A DNA stretch of 60,858 bases, filler included, from Thelocarpon superellum (Eukaryota): assembly GCA_026025795.1 (NCBI GenBank). It is 2 parts of 2 records of this genome, joined end to end, with 100 filler letters (N's around TTAATTAATTAA, not from the genome) between each part and the next. Parts side by side here need not be neighbours in the genome. Positions count along the whole stretch, not along the records: positions 30,542 to 60,858 come from JAPEUG010000204.1; 1 more part is not named here. The stretch is one strand, 5' to 3'. The position numbers and the translations under genes are program-made. Positions 35,697 to 48,141 of the stretch are shown piece by piece (the first letter of the stretch is position 1; each line of letters begins with the position of its first letter). Below the pieces are notes generated by a model. That model did no database searches, was not told where the DNA came from, and saw nothing but the letters and a program-made list of their open reading frames with translations.

Positions 35697-36044
35697 GAGT
35701 CCGGCCGACAAGTGTCCGCACATGCGTTAGGGCACTCGGCGCCTCTGCACGCAGCCACACACAGCTGTTAACCACTCGCCTAGCGGCGCGTAGTAGTTTG
35801 TACGGGATACTTTGCACGCGTACCAGATTCACCGTCTTTCGCACACTCATCCCAGCTAAATCAATCGCACGGACCGATAAGTCTTTCAAAGCCGCGTCGC
35901 AGCGGCACGGTGGATGGCGGCCCACGCGGCCAGGGACGAGATTTTGAACCCTTCTTACCGAGCACCATCTACATGCACACGTCGACCAGCGAGCCACTGA
36001 CATGCGGCACCACCCAGTTACTTCCCAGACATGCTTCCCGTCCA

Positions 36045-38277
36045 TCATCGGGCCTGGCTCGTGTCACTGGGCTCCGTCGGTCGATCCCACGTCCGAATGT
36101 GCCCATCGTGGTCAGAGGCAATGATGGAGTCTTCTTGAAAGTCTAGCCAGCACAGTGGTGCCGGGCTCACCTGCTTCGGCTTATCCCCCTCGCCGTCAAC
36201 CGGACTTCCTCGCAGGGTCAGCCACGGGAGGAGCCTTACCAGGACTGGCTGCAGCTTGGCCGTCCGCGCACGGGGCTCGGCTGCATGGGCGATGCCATCC
36301 TCTCCCTCGTTGGCGCCCGACGTCACGTTGGAGCTGGATCGGAAGCGTGTGGTATGTTGGCTGCCGGCCCGCGGCCGACCGGTCGGGGCGGCGACAAAGT
36401 GCGAGGCCACGCTCCCACGCTGCCGTACCGAGGCCTACCAAGACCCGACACATCAGTCTCCAGCCCACCAAGCACGCCACCATCGTTCCCTGACTCGATG
36501 GCTAGAGAACCTACCGTTTTAGGTCGATGCAACATGGTCTCACTGAAGTCCCAGAGCAGCAAGCGACAATCCTCACCCACGCTGCCGAACCGGTAACCAC
36601 GCTCGTCGCAACGCCACGCGTCAAATGCCACGGACGTCACCCAGGAGTGGTGACCATGGCAGCGCGCGATGATGCGGCGCTCGTTAAGGGACCAGATGGA
36701 CACGAGGTCATCCTGCCCGCCCGTCAAGATGTACTTGCCATCTGGCGACCAACATACGCACAGAAGCGCGCCGTAGTAGCTGCAGTAGAGGTCGAGTAAT
36801 CTGGACATGGTCAGCGTCTCGTGGGCAGCGATGAGGTGGCAACCGACTGCTCTCGTAGATAGTCCATCACGTGCAGCATGCCATCTTCGCAGACCACGGC
36901 CAAATGGGTGCAATCAGGCGAGAAAGCGAAGGCATTGATCTGCTGATTCGACAGCTTCCAAAAGGCCACGGGATTGGCCTTTTGATTCCTGGAATTGACC
37001 GACTTCAGCACTCGAAGCGTCGGCCCGACGCTCGCCGGCTGAGACGTGTGCGGCGAGGTCTCCGGACTAGGCTCCGGCGTAAAGGTGGCGTCTTCCTTCT
37101 CCCTGTCGTACACGACCAAGGAGCCATCCACGTGGGCGGCGAGAAACAAATTCTCCGATCCCGGGATCCAGCGAATGTCCAAGATCGGAAAGGCGTTTAT
37201 GATGCCCTGGACGGGAGTGTCAGGGAGACAACAGGGGACGGGCGTCTTCGACGTTGAGTTGCACTCACGTTTTTATTCAAGCGGGCATACTTTTGCGAAA
37301 AGGGCTCGTACCGCATGATGTCGGCCGAGGAGAAGCCGATGACGACATCGAGGTGGGTGGTACTCTTCGTCAACTGATTGACATCGTGGCAGAGGGGATG
37401 CGCTTTGGTAAAGAGAATCTTGGTCAATTGCTCGGCCTACTCGCGCTGAGGGTGAGTGACGGCCGGCGGATGGGAGAAGGAACGGACCTTGTGGGGCGAG
37501 GAGAGATCGAGCCATTCAAAGGCACGGTTGATGTTTGCAAAAGCAAAGAGCCCCTCGGGACTCCGGTCCAACAGGCGTCGCGACAGAGTATCGTGGGGGA
37601 CCACACGTGAGATGAAGGAGGAATTGCTCTTGATGATGTTATTCTTGGGCTTCCGCCGCTTGAGGGGATCCTTGGGTGGAGTGCCGGTCAACGAGGCATT
37701 GCTCTGCCCGAAGGCCGGGGTATGGCCATTGTCGACCATGGCGGTGGGGGTGCCATGGAAGGTGGGGTGGGGGCTATCGGTGCTCTCGCGAGGCGGCGCT
37801 TCCCAGTCCCCGCTTGACTGGTTCTCCCGCGCATCTTCCTTGAGACTCTGACTGCGCAAACCTCCTAGGTGGGAGCTCGACCGGCTGCGGGGTCGGAGCA
37901 GGCGGGGGGAGGGCGAGGTCTTGCGCGGCGCAATGCTGACCAGCGACAACCTAGTCCCGGCGGTGGGCGGGGAGACATTGGTGGCGAGGGGATTGGTGTT
38001 GACTATCGGCGCTTCCGATGGATGCGGGAGCGGGGTGGCCAGATGGAGGTCATCGCGAAGCTCGTAGGTGCCTGAACGCGTCAGTTCGCGGGGCCCTCTC
38101 CCGATGCCTTTGGCGCGGAAACTTGCCTTCGCCCACGAGCAGGGCATAGTCGGGCCCGAATGGGTGGTAGAGGACGTTGTTGGTCTCGATGGCGGGGACG
38201 GGGCCGCCATTCGGGCTGGCTCCAGGATAAGGGGCACCGCTGGGGTGCCGCGCTTGGGGGAGGACGCTGGCTTCCAT
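36045..38277 (-). CDS. creC: WD40 catabolite repression protein CreC (6 exons; first intron GC-AG)
   Basis: [96 protein letters not shown]. Confidence 0.95.
38072..38126 (-). other. GC-AG intron (55 nt) in creC
   Basis: GAAG|GCAAGT...ACTGAC...TCAG|GCACC joins VGEG to TYELRDD across a frame change. Confidence 0.88.
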
Positions 38278-39230
38278 TAGGGTCACGTCTGGACAGTGGA
38301 GCAGATAACGCCCACGGAACTGACAACATCGCACGGTCAATCGAGTCTCCCGTAGAGCTTGCGATGAGCGTGGATGGTCTGATTACTCCCGAATGGCCGG
38401 ATGGTCATGCTAGCGGGGCTGATATTCGACATTAACGGGTCGGCTCAATCCACGGAGGTTTGAGGGAGCCAGGGTTCGGGCAGCGACGAAGGATGAGTGC
38501 CAGATGGATGCGAAGCTTCAGTCTACGCTCTCTCCGATCATGGTCAGGCGGATCTACGAGGTGTTGAAGAATACGAAGTCGGTCAGGGACGTCGCACAAC
38601 TGCCGGCTTAAATCCGTGCTTGGCTTAGATGCAAGCGTTGCATGTACCGTGGGTGCGGCTGCACCAACGCTCTCACACCGTGGGCCGTCAGCGCCGAGTG
38701 CCTGACGGGAGCGCGGGCCTTAGTTCCCCGCGGCGCAGGCTGGTCAACAGCGAGGATACGAAGGAAGACATGGCATTCCTCCTCGTCTGCGCTTTCATCG
38801 AGCCCTGTGTAGATTGATGTGGGGGGCAAGCTCGTGGAGAACTGTCTCGAGAAACGAATAACGTTCATCTTGTAGACACGCCTGTGTGGCGCTGCACGCT
38901 GTCTCTCCTCCGTACGAAGTATGTCAGGTGCAAGACTGTGGGCGCTCGTGGTGCTGACACTCGTGCTGGCACCTTGAACCCACCCGGACCGGACCTCGCC
39001 TGCCTAGTCCCGAGTCAATGGCCGTCGGCCACCGTAGAGCTCGTGACTGACGTAAACGAGACAAGACGATCTCGCTCCAGCGGCGCCTTGCATGTTTACT
39101 GGCTGCCATAAGCTGCACGATTCTTCTACCATCTTTGCGCCATCTCCGCTCTCTCCACGCACACGATCCGTGGGGTGCTCCAGCTTCGACCGGCATATCT
39201 ACAAGATCGCACAGAAGACGTCATGGTGCG

Positions 39231-41435
39231 ATGGCGACAGGTTGGGTCGTCTTGCACCGGACTTTGTCTCGTTCCGACTGACAATGAGTAGTCCGTATCT
39301 GCGTTTGCGGCGACGAGGGCACGGGCAAGTCCAGCATCATCACATCCTTGGTCAAAGATGTCTTTGTCACGGCCAAGATCCAATCGGTGCTACCCCAGAT
39401 CAGCATCCCGCCGGATCTAGGCACGCCGGAGAATGTCACCACCACCGTCGTCGATACCTCGGCCCTCCCGCAAGAGCGCAACACCTTACGGAAAGAGCTC
39501 CGCAAGTCCAATGTCATCCTCCTGGTCTACTCCGACCATTACAGCTATGAGCGCGTCGCCCTTTTCTGGATGCCGTACTTTCGCTCGCTCGGCGTCAACG
39601 TCCCCGTCGTGCTCTGCGCCAGCAAGTCCGACCTGACGCCGCATGGCAACACGGCGCAGGTGGTGGAGGACGAGATGCTGCCGGTCATGGCGGAATTCAA
39701 AGAGATTGATTCGTGCATCCGCGTCAGCGCCAAGGAGCACCACAACATCAACGAGGTCTTCTTCCTCTGTCAAAAGGCCGTCACCCACCCCATCGCGCCC
39801 TTGTTCGACGCCAAGGAGTCCAACCTCAAGCCGGCGGCTGTGTCGGCGTTGCAACGCATCTTCTACCTCTGCGACAAGGATCAGGACGGATATCTAAACG
39901 ACGGGGAAATACACGATTTTCAACAGAAATGCTTCGGCAAGCCACTGGCCGACGATGACCTCCACAACATCAAGCTCTCCATCTCTCGCCTCGCCCCTGA
40001 ATCGGCTTCAGACAAAGGCATCGATCTCCGCGGCTTTCTCCTGCTCAACAAGATGTTTGCCGAAAAGGGCCGACACGAGACAGTTTGGATCATCTTGCGG
40101 GCCTTCCACTATACGGATAGCCTGAGCTTGAAGGATAGCTTTCTACATCCCAAGTAGGTGGAGCGAAGTAGGACTGCGGGGACCAAGTTGACGGGTTTAG
40201 ATTCGACGTGCCGCAATACGCATCAGCTGAATTGAGTCCAGCCGGATACCGGTTCTTTGTGGATCGATTCATCCTGTTCGACAAGGACAACGACGGCGGA
40301 CTGAGCAATGACGAACTGGAGGCACTCTTTGCACCGACGCCAGGATTACCCCCGTCATGGGTGGACAGCGCCTTTCCATCATCGACGGTGCGCAACGAGG
40401 CGGGATATATCACGCTGCAGGGTTGGCTGGCGCAATGGAGCATGACGACGTTTGTGGAGCCAAAGACGACGCTGGAATACCTCGCCCATCTCGGGTTCGA
40501 AGAAAAGGGCAACACCACCACGGCCTTGACCCTAACCAAAGCTCGAAAGCGACGACGGCGGCCTGGTCGGGTAGAGCGGAATGTGGTGCTCTGTTATGTG
40601 CTCGGGTCCAGTCAGAGTGGGAAGGTGGGTGGGAGCGGTGACGGACATGGACGGTTGAAGATTGGTCTAACATCAGCAGAGTTCTCTTCTCGATTCATTT
40701 CTCAATCGATCCTTTAGTCCCACCTATCACCCGACGATCAAACCCCGAACGGCGGTCAACAGCGTGGAGTTGTCGGGCGGGAAGCAGTGCTACCTCATTG
40801 TACGCCACAGCTCACGGATCACGTACATCTGCTAACGATCGGTGCAGCTTGAAGAACTAGGAGAGCTAGAGCCGGCGATTCTGGAGAACACGGCCAAACT
40901 AGACGCCTGCGATTTATTGTGTTATACATACGACTCATCGGATCCGGACAGCTTCTCACATCTTCTCGATCTGCGGGTAAGTGCTCCCCCTTGTAACCTT
41001 TCCGTGTCAGGAAGAAGACGGTCAAGTGACTCACTCGCTCGACAGAAGAAGCACCCTCACCTCGACGAGCTACCGGCGCTCTACGTCGCCTTGAAAGCCG
41101 ACCTGGACAAAACGACGCAACGAAGCGACGTGCAGCCGGACACGTACACAACGGAGCAGCACATGGCCGCGCCGCTGCACGTGAGCGTGACGTGGCATTC
41201 CATCTCGGAGCTATTCGTGCACATTGCCGAGGCAGCCACGCGGCCTTCCACGGCCATGCCGAAGGACGAGGGTGGTGGGAGGGGTGGGTGGGGTGGCGGT
41301 GCGGATGGTGCAGAGGGCGCAGGTCCGCTGGGCGAGCGCCTCAATCTCCTCTTGGCCATTGGAGCCACCGTCGCCGCGGCCGCGGCGTTTGTGATTATCT
41401 GGCGCAGGACCGTCGCTGCGGGAGCGTCCGACTGA
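39231..41435 (+). CDS. GEM1: Mitochondrial Rho GTPase Miro/Gem1 (exons 39231-39240, 39292-40153, 40201-40624, 40680-40799, 40848-40976, 41046-41435)
   Basis: [20 protein letters not shown] hands [10 protein letters not shown] and DKDNDGGLS, second GTPase domain, C-terminal TM anchor. Confidence 0.97.
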
Positions 41436-41808
41436 CTGAGCGAGTGAGTGGGTGACGGGGTCAATGTTGCTCGATCGAGCTGCAATCGTGATTCCGTCTT
41501 TCTCCCCTCTCCACTCCCCTCCCCTGTTTCTTCTTTTCCTTCGTGGTCATGGCGAATGGATGGAGCGAGAGATGAGGCTGCGGGATGGAGGAAAGGGAGT
41601 TGGATAGGATCAGAGAGTGTATGTATTTCTTGGCTCCAACACACCTACCTACCTATAAATCTAGTCTCCACTTCCGATCTCTCTCTTTCCCATTCCTGAC
41701 GTAACGATGATTTCGATACAACTGTGGGTGTGGGTGTGTCAGGAAGAGAGAGGCAGGTACGCTGGCAAAAACAGACACGGACGCATGCGGAACAAGAGTA
41801 AAGTTCCG

Positions 41809-42677
41809 CTACGACCCTTTCAGAGCCCTCAAAAGAGGCTGGAAGGTGACACACCCAGCCGGGACACCATGGGTCTGATCCTCGCTGGTGGCTTGTAAGT
41901 TCACTAGCACTTGATATGTCGTTCTGCCGGCAGCCTGTTGTGCCTGTCGCGATGAGATACCTGCGCCGGTAGCTTTACCGCCTCCACTCGCGGCTCCAAC
42001 GGGAAGAGCAGGTGGAGCAGCAGGTGGAGTAGAAGGGGGAGAAGAGACGGGGCAAGCCATGAGGGGATAAAGAGCCCCATTCAGGTTGAAATACAGTCTA
42101 TTCATGGGCACACTGAATTTTCCATTTGATCCGTTTGCGCCACTGGTGAAGCCCGTCTGTGCTAGAGAAGGGTCGTTGATTGAGGCGTTGGCTAGTGCTA
42201 TGACGCCGCTGGTGCTCGTCGTATTGACTGTGAGGCTTGTCCCTGTCCCTGCTCCTGATGGTGTCTAGATGTCGATTGCCATCGTCAGCGCCGCTTCGAT
42301 TAAAAGCAAGGAGGGGAAGAGAGCGGAAGAAATGGGGAACGAAGAGGAGGAGCAAGCATGGGGCCACCCACATATTGAAGCATTTTAGACCACGTCGCAT
42401 CGCCGCCACCGGTCGGCACTAATGCGAAAGTACCCAAACCCTGCGGCGCCGCAGCGCTACTGAAAATCTGAGACGAGATCTGCAGCTCGCCGTTGACGAC
42501 CGTGAGGCACTTTCCATCGATGTTGGTCTGACTATCGTCTCTCAGATGCTGCACCGAGATCGCATAGGGTGAAGAGACTGGCGATGTAGGAGCAGCACGT
42601 GAGATGGGAAGAAGGGCGGAGAGAAGAGCCGGCACGAGCGTGATCACGCCGATGCTTCTCTGGGTTGGTTGACGCAT
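41809..42677 (-). CDS. Putative secreted/cell-wall protein, ~253 aa (exons 42677-42372, 42264-41809)
   Basis: Signal-like N-terminus; GTGGGT...GCTGAC...TAG intron joins two ORFs in frame; LMACP...YQVLV...PAGCVTF pattern; TATAA near 42800. Confidence 0.72.
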
Positions 42678-43779
42678 GGTGGGGCCGGTCTTTTGGGGAC
42701 CTTCCTTGATGACAGTAATCGAGAAGACGATTCAAACCTTGTGAGAGTGGCGGTAATTATGAGATCGGGATGAGACGAGGAAGGAGAGAAGCAGGGCTCT
42801 TATAAGTCTTGGCAGTCTCCTGTCTCCCTGACTGGCTGGCTGGCTAGCGCCTAGTGGCGTAAGAGGACATGAAGGGCAGAGACGGAAACGACACGGTGGG
42901 GAGAGGCGACATAGCTACGCAAGGACTGAGAATGCGTAGATGTTTGGGGTGAGTGGGTGGGTGAAACGAAGAAAAGTAGGCGGCGCACGCAGATGCTGTG
43001 CTAGAGAGAGCATTGAGCAGGGAACCATTGAAGGCGTATGATGCGCGTGCGTGCGCGTGTAGGTATAGACGCATGGATGGATTGAAACAGGCATCGTCTT
43101 GAATACACCCGGATCGGTTCGGTTTGAACGTCACGTTTGATTCAGGCGGTAGCAATGCTTACAAGGCCCTGTTGTTCGCCGGTGACTTCGTCATGCTCAC
43201 ACGGTACGAGTGCAACCAAGCAGGGTTGACGGGCGTGTCGAGCATGTCATGCATCTACGCAAGATGGCACTTCGACTCCTACCTCAATCGTACCTCAAGC
43301 GCGATGGCCACTCTTCCCTGTCATTCTCTCCCGTTCCCTTTCTCTCCTTCAAAGGTAGAGAGAGCGTATGTCGAGGACCCCTTGTCGATCGTAGAATCTT
43401 GCTTCAGAAGCCGAGGGCAGCGACGTCGGATGATAACCTATTTCTAGCTCGGATCAATTGTCAGTGGGTGGTCTTACGTAATATCCTTATGTCTCCACTC
43501 CATCTCCATGTTGCGGTACCTTCGTTCATCACCACACCAAACGACGCACCAATTCACTCGACCGGTCGATCCATTCCCACTCATATTTAGAACCACCTCA
43601 CATCGTACTTGTGCAAATCAGACCACCGAATCACCAATATCTAACATCACTGCACCGCCCATCATCAAACGAGAGAGGAAGTAAAGAAGAAAGGTAGGTC
43701 TTATGTTACAATACGCTCTCCCCTACGGCACGGGTGCGGGCACAATAACTTATGTCAAATCAAGTCAAACCAAATCCAT

Positions 43780-46700
43780 TCACCACATTTGCTGGTCCTC
43801 ACGCCCCGGGCTTCCCCCGATTTCTCCCCCCTGGTCATAGGATGATCCTTGCTGCTGCTGAAATTGATAGTCATGAGTGGATTGCGGATGTGAGTTCGTG
43901 CGGCCATGTGGTGCATGTTGAAGGTAGGTTGAGTCATGAGATGGACCCGCCGAATGCTGCGACGTTCGTGATTGGGGTCGTGGTTGGGCTGGTGGTTGTG
44001 GTGGCGATGGATCCGCTCCCTGCGGATCACTGCCGTAGTCGTACATCTGCGGATCATCCGTGTATGATGCCTGATCGGACGAGTTTTCCTAACGTCCACG
44101 TCAGTTTCGTCCCCACTCCACCGCGGTGCCACCCACCTCAGGATAATCATAATATGGCAGATCCGGAATGGGGGCATCTTGGTCCGAGTCGCGTGAGGCC
44201 TGCGGCTGCTGCTGTTGCCGTTGCTTCTGTGCCGCGGACTGTGGAATCTGCATCTGCGGATGCATCTGCTGCACCTTGGCCAGGTAGGAGTACATGAAGT
44301 TGCTCAGCAACACCTGCGAGTAGAGTGCTCGCCGAGGATTGGCCAGCTTCATGTGGGCCATCCGGTAGATGGCCCGCTCCTCGAGGATCGAGAATCGCGT
44401 CCAGTTGTAGTCGACGTCCGGCTTCAGGACGCGCTGAGGCGGGTCTGGAGACAGGCCCCGCGACGATCGATCCTTCTTGCCGCTCGATTCGCGATCGCTC
44501 TTCCGCTTACCGCCGCCAAAGAAGGACGAGAAGATGCCCGATTCCTTCTCCCGCTTCTCCCCGCCCGATGACTTCCGGCTGCTCTCCTTCCGTCGCTCCT
44601 CGTCCAACTTGACGCTCTCGCGATCCAGCACCAGACTCTCCCGGCCCCGACCCCCGTCGATGGACGTCTGCAGCAGATCAAGCCGCGTGTTGTCGTTGAC
44701 CTTGCCCCCCTTGGACTTTCCTTTCTTGGTACCCTCCTTTTCCTTCTCCTTCTCCTCGTTCCCCAACAGCCAGCCCCAGCTGGACTTCTTTGGGCCGTCG
44801 TGACCATCCTTGTCCTTCTTGTCCTTGGATTTCTTGTCGCTCTTCTTCTCGTCGCTGAAGGTGGGGATAAAAGAGAGGCTGTCGGTACGCGTACTGTTCC
44901 CGGGCAGTGGTGACGGCTGCCCCACGATATCATTCAGCGTCGTGCGTGGGTTGGCATTCTGCGCTTGCCGTATCAAGCCCCCCTTACTCATCGGGCGAAT
45001 GCCTTTGGGAGGTCCGGACGGGAGGGGTGCTTGTGGCGCCATTGTTGGCGGTGGTTCGTGCGAGGAGACTCGTTCAGGGATGTGGACGGGTGGCGCATAC
45101 GGTGATGCTGGCTGGGCACCATCGTCCTCCACCAGCGGCGGGGTCTCGACGATGGTGGGAATCGGGGGCTCTTGCATGGTGGCCGGAATCGCGCCGGGGC
45201 GAGAGTTGGCCGACAAGGCTCGCTCCGCCGCGGCCCGCTGCGCAAACGTGGCCGCGCTAGGCCCTTGGCCGGCACCCGGCTGTTCCGATGACGCCCGACC
45301 CATCGAGCCATCATCCGACTGAGCGCTTGAGACTGACCCGGACCCGGACCCTCCGGCCGTCGTGCGTCGCCCTAGTCGCGAGGGCCGGGAGAAATTTTCG
45401 GGCTGCTCATCCCCGCCTGGCAACTGCTCCGACGACGTTCTCGCCAACGGTAGTGACGTGAAGCCACTGTCATTCACCGGCGAGGTCACGGGCGATTGAC
45501 CTTCCTCGGAATCCGGGTCGGTGGGGCGGACGGCGCGCTTCGAGGGCAGCACACGCTCGCCCTTGCGAAGGCTGCCGCGGCGGTAGGTGGTCCGGGTCGA
45601 GCGTCGTAGGGAGTTTCCTGGCGGGGCGGCCGGCAGAATGGGCATGTCCTCGCCCTCCGGTCCCTCGCCATTCTCCAGCATGGGCGAGCCCATCTCCAAG
45701 CTCAAGCGGGTCACCAACTCCGACGTGTCCTGGGCCGTGTCGAGATTTTGCAGATCCGCCACGGTCAACTCATTGTGAGGATGGGTGAGCGAGCGCTTCT
45801 TTTCCAGCCGCTCCGCTCCATCTCGGTAGCCCTCCGCTCCGGCGCCGGCGGAGTTGTCGATCTGGCGAGAAAGCATCGACTTCTTCCGCCGCAGCGAGCT
45901 GAGTGAGTTGTTCCGTCGTGGACCATCTCCCAACAGCATGTCTTCGTCGCCCGAGCGACGCTTGATCTGATCAACGCGGGTCTCGAGGAAGCTCTTGAAC
46001 TCCTTGGGCGCGAGCTCGGGATGGATGCGGGCCGGCACCCAGAAGAGGCGGGAGGCGTCTTCTTCGTCGTCGGCCCCGGTGGGAGCGACGGTGGGCATGA
46101 TCGACGTCTTGTACGAGGGGAGGTCAGGGTCGGCGGCGGCGTTGTCGACCATGGACATGCGACGCAGCGCCTGGAGATTGACCATCTCCTGGGCCACCGC
46201 GGCCGGACTCGACTCGTAGTCGACATCGTTCAGCGGAAAGTGCGCGTTGGCGGTCTCGATGGGGGACGATTCCCGGTAGCCCGGCATCTGCCCTCCCGCG
46301 CCATTCTCCTGACCGGGCGGGGCCGACATCTTCGCGAGGCCATTCCGGGGCGGAGGGTACCGCTCGTTGGAGGAGGTATGCGCCAGGGCGGTGGGAGAGG
46401 TGGGCGAGGCGGAGAGGGCGTTGAGCGTGTCATTGTGCGGCGAGGCAACGTAGCTCAGCGGCCTCGAGTCATGGTGTCCGTAGTGGGTGTCGCCATACAT
46501 GTCGCCGATGGCCTCGGTGACGTGATGGTTGTCGTCACTTATCGATAGCTTCGGTCCATGCCCGCGCTTACTGTCCAGGCCGCCGGGATAGTTGTGTACC
46601 CAGGTCGAGGTCTGCATCCAATCCACCGTCAGCGCGTCCGATGGTGGGATCGATGGCTCGATCGATCAGTCACACGTGTGGGTGGGGAGAGTCGGGTGCA

Positions 46701-46893
46701 CACGCCCCGACAGGAGCGATGAGGGGGATGGCGCGCAGGGATTGGCGAGGCTTGACGGTCGTGGGGGACAAGTCGATGGGATGCCCCCTCGTTCCCCCCG
46801 ATCCGATCGACGCGTACCGATGGGGCCGAGCAGAGCACGAGCGAAATTGAGGGAGGAGGCAAGGGGCGAGGGCTCGTCGAAACGTACCTGCAT
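43780..46893 (-). CDS. ZDS1: Zds1-family PP2A regulator (exons 46893-46888, 46611-44137, 44088-43780)
   Basis: Zds C-terminal domain TRFSILEERAIYRMAHMKLANPRRALYSQVLLSNFMYSYL and LFWVPARIHPELAP motif. Confidence 0.93.
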
Positions 46894-48141
46894 AGAGAGC
46901 GTGGAGCGAGGCAGATGCCCAGTCGGACAGTCGGGCACGAATCACAAACAATGGGCAAGCCGGCCCGTGAACGCACACCGCAGCCCACTGTTGCACGCGG
47001 ACTCGTACTGACACACGAAGCGGCAGCAGGTACGGTGAAGGATTCAGATGGCGCGCACCGGCGATGCGGTCTCATCGGGGTAGGGGTGTAGCACCCAGCA
47101 CATCTGCTCGGAGGACGCGGGTGCGTGGTGAAATGGATGGTCTGGGGGGGCGCGAGGTGGGCTGTGATGATGGCACGACGGCACGATGAGGCCGTGGTGA
47201 CGGTGGGGGGCGAGGCCGCAAGGACGCACGGTGACTGGAACGTGGTGATGGTGAAGGGAGATGGATCATGAACGGGATCCACGCATGATCGGATGTTCAC
47301 GATGACGATGGGCGATCGACTTGCACCGGGTCCGCCGGTCTGCGGGTCTGCGGGTCTGCGAGTCTGCAGGTGTGGTCCAAGACTTTCAGAGAGCGCCCGA
47401 CATCGATCGGCTATCTGCCTTCACCCCCGTCTCTTGTTCGGCGTGGACCAGTTGAGCGTGCACTACAGCCTGCCACTACCGTCTACCGTTCCTCGTCTAC
47501 TTCTACCGTCGTGCGCGCTGCGCGCCGGCGCGCACCTTACGGAGAGCTGGGCCTGTCCTAGTTGGGCTAGTGACTAGTCACGCTGGGGTATAGCGCCGTC
47601 TGTACTCTGGCCTTTGCTCCTCCCGCGAGGCAGCGCGCCCGGAGCGATCTGGAGGATAAGCGCGTAAAAAAAGGGGATCAGGCCGATAGACGGCGATTGA
47701 TTTGTCGAGTGCAGGTCCAACGAGGGGAAACCCCCAGAACTCGTGCAAAGTCAATCCCCCGCTTCCGAGGCACGAGCGGGGACTGCTCGTGTGTACAAGT
47801 ATTCTTTACCACCACAGGAGTGCCAGTGCACGCGGCCAAGCGCCCCACGCAGCACCGCCCTCTCTCAGGAGGATGCACCACGGAAGGGTGGCCCTGGGTG
47901 CGGCTCGGGTAGCTGCATTCAGATATGCTCGCCTATGTGATTGTCGTGGGGCACGTGTCCAGGCCGGCCTTACTCAACTGGCGGATGATCAGTCTTGGCT
48001 AGGGCTATGCACACTGCTATCTCACCGTCACCGACATCGATATCGATAGACCAAGCATCTGTATCATGAGCCGTCCACAACTCCTCTCCAGCTCTCTAGT
48101 GCTACGATACGACGTAGTGATCAATGCCCCGTAGATCCTCG

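Noticed and set aside
13486..41045. Several stop-free introns of 3n length (48-69 nt) read through by the ORF track
   Set aside because: Expected by chance for short introns in GC-rich DNA; no evident enrichment.
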